Below are positions 56,979-64,000 of a stretch of 64,000 bases of DNA, piece after piece. The stretch's first letter is position 1. Each line of letters opens with the position of its first letter. A model generated the notes under the pieces. It searched no databases and had not been told where the DNA came from. It saw only the letters and a program-made list of their open reading frames with translations. Source of the stretch: an uncultured Candidatus Entotheonella sp. (GTDB lineage: Bacteria; Tectomicrobia; Entotheonellia; Entotheonellales; Entotheonellaceae); NCBI GenBank assembly GCA_965215335.1, contig CBDCDA010000001.1, positions 1,600,001-1,664,000 of the forward strand. Direction: 5' to 3'. Position numbers and translations under genes: made by a program.

Positions 56979-59318
56979 CTAAGCCTGTATCTTCTCGAGC
57001 ACGTAACCCGGCGACATCGGCAGGTCGGTCATGCGCTTGCCGGTGGCGCGGTAGATGGCGTTGGCCACGGCCGCCGGCGGCGGCACGATGGGCACCTCGC
57101 CGACGCCACGCACCCCAAAGGGATGCCCGGGATTCGGCACCTCGACAAGCACCGCGTCGATCATCGGCAAATCCAGACTGGTAGGCATCCGGTAATCCAG
57201 GAAACTGGCGTTGCTCATGTTGCCGTCTTCGCGATACATATACGCCTCGTTCAGCGCCCAGCCGATGCCTTGCGTGACGCCGCCCTGAATCTGGCCTTCC
57301 ACGTAGCTCGGGTGGATGGCCTTGCCGACGTCCTGCACCGCGGTGTAGCGCAGAATCGAGACCTTGCCGGTATCCGGATCGACCTCGACGTCGACGATGT
57401 GGGTGGCAAAGGCGCCGCCGACGCCGCGCGGCTGCACGGTGGCGCGGCCAGTAATCGGCCCGCCGGTGCGCGGCATCATCTCCGCCATCTCCTGAAAGCT
57501 CACCAACTTGCCGGCGTTCTTGCTGCAGCCGAACACGCCGTCCGAATAGGCGACATCCTCGGCCGTCAACGCGCCACCGTCCGCCTCCCGCTCGGCGTTC
57601 CAGCGCTCGGCGAGGCGCGCCTTCATCTGCCGGATGACGTCGTGCGCCGCCTCGTACGCCGCGTAGCCGGTGGCGAACGTCGTGCGGCTGCCGCCGGTGA
57701 CGTCCGTGTAGCCGACGCCGTCCGTACCGACGACCGAGGGGCGCACGCTCGCGTACGGAATGCCGAGCACTTCCGCCGCCTGCATGGCAATGGAGGCGCG
57801 CGTGCCGCCGATGTCGGTGGAGCCCTCGACCAGGCTGACGGTGCCGTCGGAGTTCACGTTGATCACCACGCTCGACTGCAGGCCGACGTTGAACCAGAAC
57901 CCGGAGGCCACGCCGCGGCCGCGATTCGGGCCGTCGAGCGGGGCGTTGTAGTGCTCGTGTTCGAGCGCCGCGTGCACCGTCTCCAGGTAGCCGATGCGCG
58001 GGTGCGTCGGGCCGTCCACGCGACGGTCGCCCTCCTTGGCGCCGTTCATCACGCGCAACTGCAACGGATCGATCCCCAGCTGCTCGGCGATCTCGTCCAT
58101 GATCGTCTCCGAGGCAAACGCCGCGTTGGTCGCCCCGGGGGCGCGGTAGGCGGTGGTTTTCGGCTTGTTCACCACCACGTCGTAACCGTCCACCTGCATG
58201 TTCGGAAAGCTGTAGGGAGAGAAGATGCACATGCCGCCCGGTCCGACCGGCGAGCCGGGATAGGCGCCTGCCTCGAACGCCAGGGACGCCTCGGCGGCCA
58301 CCACGCGGCCGTCCTTGCTGGCGCCCATCTTGAGCCTGAGGTGCGAACCCGGCGTCGGGCCCGTGCCCTCGAACTCCTCGATGCGGTTCATCACCAGCTT
58401 GACCGGATGGCCGGTCTTGCGCGACAGCAGCGCCGCCACCGGTTCGAGGTAGACGGGAATCTTGCCACCGAAACCGCCGCCGATCTCCGCCGGGATGACG
58501 GACACCTGCGACACCGGAATGCCCAGCACCTCGGACGACTGCTTCTGCACCACGAAGGCGCCCTGCGTGCTCGTCCAGATGGTGACGTGCCCCTCTTCGT
58601 TCCACATGGCGGTGGCGTTGTGGGGCTCGATGTAGCCCTGGTGCACGGTGGCCGTGTCGAACTCGCGCTCGATGATCAGGTCGGCCTGCTCGAAGCCCTC
58701 CGCCACGTCGCCCAGGGTGAAGCGGTAATGGCTGGCGACATTGCTCTCGCGGTCCGTCTTTTCGCCCAGCGACGTGGTGGTCATGCCCTCGTGCAGGATC
58801 GGCGCGCCGTCCTGCATTGCTTCGGGTGCCGTCAGCACCGGCGGCAGAATCTCGTACTCGACCTCGATCAGATTCACCGCCGCCTCGGCGATATGCACGT
58901 TGGTCGCCGCCACCGCGGCGATGGCGTGCCCCCTGTACAAGGCTTTTCCCTGCGCCAGCACGTTGTTGCTGAGGAATTTCAGATTGACCGCCCCCTCGCC
59001 GAGGTTGGCGATCTTGTCGGGCGCTTCGGGCAGGTCCCGGTGCGTCACCACCGCCTTGACGCCGGGCAGGGCTTCGGCCTTGCTGGTGTCGATCGACTTG
59101 ACGCGGGCGTGAGCGTGGGGACTGCGCAACACCTTGCCGTGCAGCATGCCGGGCATGCGCACGTCGGCGCCGTAGATCGCCCGGCCCGTCACCTTGTCGG
59201 CGCCGTCGGGACGCACCGGACGCGTTCCGATCACTCGATATGCCGCTGCCGGGCTCGCTGGCACTCCCCAGCCTCCACTTGATACGCTCGGCTCGCCGGC
59301 GCTCGCTCGCTGTGACAT
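56979..59318 (-). CDS. xanthine dehydrogenase family molybdopterin-binding (large) subunit
   Basis: KVTGRAIY, RSPHAHA, HQGYIEPH, GGGFGGK, AYRAPG, GQIQGG and RGVGE. Confidence 0.93.
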   Translation of the reverse strand: MSQRASAGEPSVSSGGWGVPASPAAAYRVIGTRPVRPDGADKVTGRAIYGADVRMPGMLHGKVLRSPHAHARVKSIDTSKAEALPGVKAVVTHRDLPEAPDKIANLGEGAVNLKFLSNNVLAQGKALYRGHAIAAVAATNVHIAEAAVNLIEVEYEILPPVLTAPEAMQDGAPILHEGMTTTSLGEKTDRESNVASHYRFTLGDVAEGFEQADLIIEREFDTATVHQGYIEPHNATAMWNEEGHVTIWTSTQGAFVVQKQSSEVLGIPVSQVSVIPAEIGGGFGGKIPVYLEPVAALLSRKTGHPVKLVMNRIEEFEGTGPTPGSHLRLKMGASKDGRVVAAEASLAFEAGAYPGSPVGPGGMCIFSPYSFPNMQVDGYDVVVNKPKTTAYRAPGATNAAFASETIMDEIAEQLGIDPLQLRVMNGAKEGDRRVDGPTHPRIGYLETVHAALEHEHYNAPLDGPNRGRGVASGFWFNVGLQSSVVINVNSDGTVSLVEGSTDIGGTRASIAMQAAEVLGIPYASVRPSVVGTDGVGYTDVTGGSRTTFATGYAAYEAAHDVIRQMKARLAERWNAEREADGGALTAEDVAYSDGVFGCSKNAGKLVSFQEMAEMMPRTGGPITGRATVQPRGVGGAFATHIVDVEVDPDTGKVSILRYTAVQDVGKAIHPSYVEGQIQGGVTQGIGWALNEAYMYREDGNMSNASFLDYRMPTSLDLPMIDAVLVEVPNPGHPFGVRGVGEVPIVPPPAAVANAIYRATGKRMTDLPMSPGYVLEKIQA

Positions 59319-59800
59319 CAGGCGCTGGCCTCCATGGTTTCGGCGGCGTCGAGAACCGCACGCACGATCTTGTCGTAGCCCGTGCAGCGGCACAGATTGC
59401 CGGCCAGCCAGTAGCGCACCTCATGCTCCGTCGGCCTGGGATTCTTTTCGAGCAGCGCCTTGGCCGCCATGATGAAGCCGGGCGTGCAGATACCGCATTG
59501 CAGGGCGGCGTGCTCCAGGAACTTCTGCTGCAGTGGGTGCAACTGGGCGGGGCTGGCGAGTCCTTCGATCGTATCCACCGACTTGCCGTCCACCTCGGCG
59601 GCCAGCACCAGGCAGGAATCGACGAGCACGCCGTCGACTTGCAGGCTGCAGGCACCGCAGTTGCCGTTGCTGCACCCTTCCTTGGTGCCCGTATAGCCCA
59701 AGTCGTCGCGCAGCACTTCCAGGAGGCTCTGGCGCGAATCACAGAGAAACTCCACCGCCTCACCATTCAGGGTCGTTTGTACGTGTATCCGTGTTGGCAT
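59318..59800 (-). CDS. (2Fe-2S)-binding small subunit (CoxS/XdhC-like)
   Basis: GCSNGNCGAC, SC, QCGICTPG and GNLCRCTGY. Confidence 0.95.
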   Translation of the reverse strand: MPTRIHVQTTLNGEAVEFLCDSRQSLLEVLRDDLGYTGTKEGCSNGNCGACSLQVDGVLVDSCLVLAAEVDGKSVDTIEGLASPAQLHPLQQKFLEHAALQCGICTPGFIMAAKALLEKNPRPTEHEVRYWLAGNLCRCTGYDKIVRAVLDAAETMEASA

Positions 59801-59803
59801 TCC

Positions 59804-60682
59804 TCAGATCTCCCCTCTCGCTCTGGACAACGCCCCTTGCAGCGTTCGCCGCGTCAGCACGCCAGTCAGGTGAATCCGTTGCTGTACCGTCCCGCGCATG
59901 TCGTCGATCGGGCGCGCGATGCCTGCCGCGGCGCTCGCTGCGGCCGCGATGGTGTCGTCGGAAATGGGCTTGCCCACCAGAGCCGACGCCGCTTCCACCG
60001 CCACTAGGGGCGTCGGCGCTACCGCGCCCAGGGCGATGCGCGCATCCGTCACCGTGGACTTGTCGTCACCCAGCACCAGGGAGGAGCCGACGCCGACCAC
60101 GGCGATGTCCATCTCGTTACGGGGGATGAAGCGCAGGTAATGAGCGCCGAAGTTGTTGGGCGGCGCCGGAACGCGCAGCGACAGCAGAAACTCGCCATTC
60201 TCCAGGACGTTGCGCCCGGGCGCCGTGCAGAACTGCTCGGCAGGAATCTCGCGCTGTCCGTTCGGACCGGCAATCACGCACGTCGTGCGATGCGCGATCA
60301 GCGTGGGGATGGAGTCGGCGGCGGGCGACGAGTTGCACAGGTTGCCGCCTACGGACGCCCGGCCTTGAATCTGGATGCCGCCGATCAGGGTGAAGGCATC
60401 CATCAGTCCAGGATAAGTCTTCGAGATGACGGGATCATTGTAAATCCGGTGGCAGGCGACGGCGGCCCCGAGGTGCAGGCCGTTTTGAGCATCGTAGGAC
60501 AAGACGTTCGCTTCGGGAACCTTCTTGACGTCAACGACGGTCTCCAGCTCCCGCCGTCCTTCGCGAAGCTGCACGATGAGGTCGGTTCCCCCGGCCAGCA
60601 CACGCGCCTGGTCGCCTTTGCTGGCCAGCAGTGAGACAGCTTCGTCTACCGTCTGCGCTGCGACATAGTCAAATGTTTGCAA
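59804..60682 (-). CDS. FAD-binding medium subunit (CoxM/XdhB-like)
   Basis: LAGGTDL, ASVGGNLCN and PIDDMRG; TTG start after GAAGGAG. Confidence 0.93.
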   Translation of the reverse strand: MQTFDYVAAQTVDEAVSLLASKGDQARVLAGGTDLIVQLREGRRELETVVDVKKVPEANVLSYDAQNGLHLGAAVACHRIYNDPVISKTYPGLMDAFTLIGGIQIQGRASVGGNLCNSSPAADSIPTLIAHRTTCVIAGPNGQREIPAEQFCTAPGRNVLENGEFLLSLRVPAPPNNFGAHYLRFIPRNEMDIAVVGVGSSLVLGDDKSTVTDARIALGAVAPTPLVAVEAASALVGKPISDDTIAAAASAAAGIARPIDDMRGTVQQRIHLTGVLTRRTLQGALSRARGEI

Positions 60683-60974
60683 GTGCTTATCTCCTTCGGT
60701 AGTAAGCTTTGCACGGAAATCCCCCCGCAACTCGCCGCATCCGTCTCACTACGGGTTCTGTAGGAGGTGAATGGTTCGTCGTGCAGTATGACGTGGGAGA
60801 GCGTTAGGACTTGCAATCTCCTTAGATGAGATGAATACCAGATTATCACAGGGCCGTTTGTACCGTCAATGCAGGAAAAGGGCGACGATTCGGTGTGCTA
60901 CAATGGCGGCTTCGCAGGGATTTGCAAGGATTTTCTCCTCTCCCGCCAAGGTAGTAGGGAAGGAAAATCCGACA

Positions 60975-61011
60975 CCAGCCCCTCTCCGCCCGGAGAGGGG
61001 CTGGGTGGGGG
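60975..61011 (-). repeat. REP-like palindromic element, copy 3
   Basis: Minus strand cccccacccagcccctctccgggcggagaggggctgg; perfect CCAGCCCCTCTCCG / CGGAGAGGGGCTGG stem. Confidence 0.6.
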
Positions 61012-61050
61012 TATGAGCCGGTCATTCCAACCAGAAGGATAGGCGAGGTC

Positions 61051-62169
61051 ATGAAACCAGACATCACGGGCGGCGCGCCCAAGGCCAGCAACCGTCGCGC
61101 GTTTCTGCGCGCGGCCGCGGCAGCGGTGCTCGCCGTGCCCCACGTTCGCAGCGCCGAAGCGGCCCGCAGCCACGTATGGAAAGTGCAGTCGACTTGGGAC
61201 GCCGGTACCACCGGCTACCGGCTGTTCGAGGCATGGGCCAAGAGCTTTCAGGAGAAGTCGGACGGCGAGCTGGAGATGCGGCCGTTTCCCGCCAAGGCGG
61301 TGGCGGCGGACAACAATGCCCTGTTCGACGCCGTGCGCACCGGCGTGCTGCAGGGCATGAACCCCTTCACGCTTTACTGGTCGGGAAAAATTCCCGCTTC
61401 CGTGTTCCTGTCGTCCTACCCGGCGGGTCCCGATCAGGCGTCGCAGTGGGACACCCTGTTCTACGGCCTCGGCCTGCTGGAGATGACGCGCGAGATTTAC
61501 CAGAGATTCGGCCTGTTCTACGTCGGCCCGATTCAGCACGACGCCAACATCATCCACTCCAAGCAGCCGGTGGAAAGCCTGGACCAGTTGCAGGGCATGA
61601 AGATCCGCCTGCCCGGCGGCATGGTGGCGGAGGTGTTCGAGAAGTTCGGCGTCAGCACCACCAGCATGCCCGGCTCGGACATCTATCCGGCGCTGGAGAA
61701 GGGCACCATCGACGCCGCCGATTACGTCGGCCCCGCCATCAACTGGGACCTCGGCTTCGCCGAGGTCACGAATTACATCATCTGCATGGGCCCGCCGGGG
61801 CAAACCTCCCTGTACCAGCCCGTCGACCTGATGGACCTCACCGTCAACATGGGCGCCTGGAAGCGCTTGCCGGAAAAGCTGCAGCGCTTCGTCGAGGAGC
61901 AGGTGCAGACCTACTCGGTGCACCATTTCGTCACCATCCAGGAAGCCGACCTCAGGGCCATGTCGCAGTTTCTGGAAGCGGGAACAACGGTGTCGCGACT
62001 TTCCGCCGAAGACGTGAGGCGATTCCGCCAGGCCGCCATCCCGGTGTGGTACAAGTGGGCGGCCCTGAACGACGACGTCAGGCGGGTCTTCAGGCTGCAG
62101 CTGGACTACATGCTGAACCCGTACATGGGCTACGTGTCGCCGGACGACATCGCCGGCCTCGGCCTCTAG
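61051..62169 (+). CDS. dctP: TRAP transporter substrate-binding protein DctP (lactate/2-keto-acid type), Tat signal
   Basis: NRRAFL twin-arginine; WKVQSTWDAG, GMNPFTLYW, GMKIRLPGG and IYPALEKGTIDA. Confidence 0.92.
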   Translation: MKPDITGGAPKASNRRAFLRAAAAAVLAVPHVRSAEAARSHVWKVQSTWDAGTTGYRLFEAWAKSFQEKSDGELEMRPFPAKAVAADNNALFDAVRTGVLQGMNPFTLYWSGKIPASVFLSSYPAGPDQASQWDTLFYGLGLLEMTREIYQRFGLFYVGPIQHDANIIHSKQPVESLDQLQGMKIRLPGGMVAEVFEKFGVSTTSMPGSDIYPALEKGTIDAADYVGPAINWDLGFAEVTNYIICMGPPGQTSLYQPVDLMDLTVNMGAWKRLPEKLQRFVEEQVQTYSVHHFVTIQEADLRAMSQFLEAGTTVSRLSAEDVRRFRQAAIPVWYKWAALNDDVRRVFRLQLDYMLNPYMGYVSPDDIAGLGL

Positions 62170-62180
62170 CAGGAGCGGTC

Positions 62181-62831
62181 ATGCCGGAGTCGGCAAATTT
62201 CGTTCTGCCGCACTGGATTTACTGGGTTTGGCTGATCGTCATGCCGCCGCTGTTCATGCTGCTGACGCGCCGCCGCGGCGGTGAGACGCAGGCGCCCCAG
62301 GAAGAACCGGGCGCCGCGCCGGGCAATCGCCTGACCGGGGCGCTGGATTGGCTGAGCGAGCAATCCGGCGTCTTCGTGGCCCTGTGGACGGTGAACGCGG
62401 TGTGCGCCTACTTCTTCGAGGTGGTGTCGCGCTACATCTTCAACGCTCCCACCATCTGGGTGCACCAGGCGTCGTACCTGATGTTCGGCATGCAGTACCT
62501 GCTGGCCGGCGCCTTCGCCTTCCTGCACGGCGACCACGTGCGGGTGGACGTGCTCTACGTCAAGCTGCCCAGACGCGGGCGAGCGGCTACGGACGTGTTC
62601 ACCTCCATCTTCTTCTTCATCTGCGCGTTGGCTCTGCTGGGCAGTTCGTGGCGCTTCTTCATGGATGCCGTCGGCATGTTCGAGGTGACCGAGGAGACGT
62701 GGCGCGTGCAGTTATACCCCGTCAAGGGCGCGATGGTCCTGGGTGCCGTGCTGCTCACCCTGGCGGGGCTGTCGAAGCTGCTGAAGGACCTGCAATTGTT
62801 CTTCCGTTCGGAAGAGGCCGGGGTTTCATGA
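62181..62831 (+). CDS. dctQ: TRAP transporter small permease
   Basis: EVVSRYIFNAPTIW and HVRVDVLY; extra N-terminal TM; AGGAG RBS. Confidence 0.92.
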   Translation: MPESANFVLPHWIYWVWLIVMPPLFMLLTRRRGGETQAPQEEPGAAPGNRLTGALDWLSEQSGVFVALWTVNAVCAYFFEVVSRYIFNAPTIWVHQASYLMFGMQYLLAGAFAFLHGDHVRVDVLYVKLPRRGRAATDVFTSIFFFICALALLGSSWRFFMDAVGMFEVTEETWRVQLYPVKGAMVLGAVLLTLAGLSKLLKDLQLFFRSEEAGVS

Positions 62832-64000
62832 ACACGCCAACCGCCACGGCTTCCCGCGGGCGCGGCGTGTGGGGCCGCCTGGGATCCGGCTTCACGGTGA
62901 TTGTCACCGTGGCGCTGGCGTTCGTCACCTGCGTCGAACTCGTCAACACGCTGTTTTACGACCCCTACGGCGACGAGCGCTTCCTGTTCACCTTCGCCGA
63001 GTCGCTGGCCAGCGTCAGCATCAGCCGGTTGACATTCTTCATGTTTGGCTCCCTCGCTGTGCTGCTGCTGATGGGCCTGCCGATGGCGTTCGTGGTCGGC
63101 GGCCTGGGCGTCGTCTTCATTTATCTGGTCGGCGGTCCGACCCTGATCAACATCATCCCCGTGCGCATCTATCCCCTGATGGCCAATCCCGACCTGGCGG
63201 CCATCCCGCTCTTCATCTTCATGGCTTCCATGCTCGAACGCGCCGGGCTGATCGAGGAGATGTTCGACGTCGTCTACAAGTGGATGGGCGGCCTGCGGGG
63301 CGGCCTGGCGGCGGCCACCATCGTGGCGTCGACCATTCTGGCGGCCATGGTGGGGGTGATCGGCGCCGCGGTGGTGACCATGGGCATCATCGCGCTGCCG
63401 GCGATGCTGAGACGCAATTACGACCACAAGATCGCTCTCGGCTCGATCATGGCCGGCGGCACCCTCGGCATCCTCATTCCGCCATCCATCCTGGCGATTC
63501 TCTACGCCGTGGTGGCGCAGCAATCGGTCGGTCGGCTCTACTTGGGCTCGGTGGTGCCGGGCCTGATGCTGTCCAGCCTGTACATCGGCTACATCGTCCT
63601 GCGCTCGTGGATCAACCCAAGCCTCGGCCCGGCGCTGCCCAAGGAAGAGCGGGTCAACCTGCGCGAGAAGCTGCGCCTGCTGCTGAATCTCATCGCGCCG
63701 ATCATTCTGGTATTCCTCGTCCTGGGCCTGCTCTTCGGCGGCATCGCCACGCCGGTCGAGGCGGCGGGCATCGGCTCCTTCGGCGCCATGATCGTCGCCG
63801 CCATGCACGGGCGCTTCAGCCTGCAGGCGCTGCGCGAAGCATCCATCACCACGGCGCGGGCATCGGCCATGGTGCTGTGGATCATGTTCGGCGCCTCCAT
63901 TTTCGTCGGTTTCTTCATCCTGCAGGGCGGCCGGGAATTCATCACCGACGGCATCCTCGGCACCGGGCTGAATCCTTACGGCATCCTGCTGCTCATGATG
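62828..64000 (+). CDS. dctM: TRAP transporter large permease (runs off the right edge)
   Basis: ATGA overlap; LLMGLPMAF, AIPLFIFM, GTLGILIPPS and GIATPVEAA read directly from the sequence. Confidence 0.92.
   Translation, partial: MNTPTATASRGRGVWGRLGSGFTVIVTVALAFVTCVELVNTLFYDPYGDERFLFTFAESLASVSISRLTFFMFGSLAVLLLMGLPMAFVVGGLGVVFIYLVGGPTLINIIPVRIYPLMANPDLAAIPLFIFMASMLERAGLIEEMFDVVYKWMGGLRGGLAAATIVASTILAAMVGVIGAAVVTMGIIALPAMLRRNYDHKIALGSIMAGGTLGILIPPSILAILYAVVAQQSVGRLYLGSVVPGLMLSSLYIGYIVLRSWINPSLGPALPKEERVNLREKLRLLLNLIAPIILVFLVLGLLFGGIATPVEAAGIGSFGAMIVAAMHGRFSLQALREASITTARASAMVLWIMFGASIFVGFFILQGGREFITDGILGTGLNPYGILLLMM

Noticed and set aside
56884..59766. 960-aa ORF and other long shadow ORFs (e.g. 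16532-18508, 57123-59282, 26003-27838)
   Set aside because: Off-frame or antisense shadows of well-supported genes, expected in high-GC DNA; no motifs.
56979..60682. Aerobic CO dehydrogenase
   Set aside because: The active-site loop AYRAPG lacks the form I and form II signatures, and no cox accessory genes are present.

Overview
GC-rich chromosomal window from a diderm bacterium (kdsB, an outer-membrane DUF1302 protein, Tat- and TRAP-type periplasmic binding proteins). It is mostly housekeeping and catabolic genes. These include tatA, a DUF1302-DUF1329-YCF48/BNR-RND(MMPL)-P450 hydrophobic-compound uptake/oxidation operon, enoyl-CoA hydratase, rnd, glycerate kinase, a phosphosugar mutase, a DHH phosphoesterase, larA-like, hslO, kdsB, glnS-gltX-rnz and a CoA transferase. 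Further along are a peroxiredoxin, an SCP2-type thiolase, a CPA2 antiporter, uppS, a split glnE with ACT domains, lysA, a peptide-type ABC cluster, a xanthine-dehydrogenase-family MSL operon and a TRAP transporter. Several pseudogenes and IS5 remnants are scattered through it. The most striking element is a small island at about 49.2-53.0 kb. There a repeat-containing surface lipoprotein gene and a Cre-like tyrosine recombinase gene diverge from a 178-bp segment bounded by perfect 20-bp inverted repeats. The -10 box lies inside each repeat but a single TTGACA -35 lies inside the segment, so this is a candidate invertible promoter that toggles between the recombinase and the lipoprotein. Also notable: an orphan structured RNA-like element at 34.33-34.48 kb, the split GlnE, a kinetoplastid-like thiolase and an archaeal-like UppS. 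No rRNA, tRNA or CRISPR array was recognised. All family assignments come from motif recognition by eye, not from database searches.
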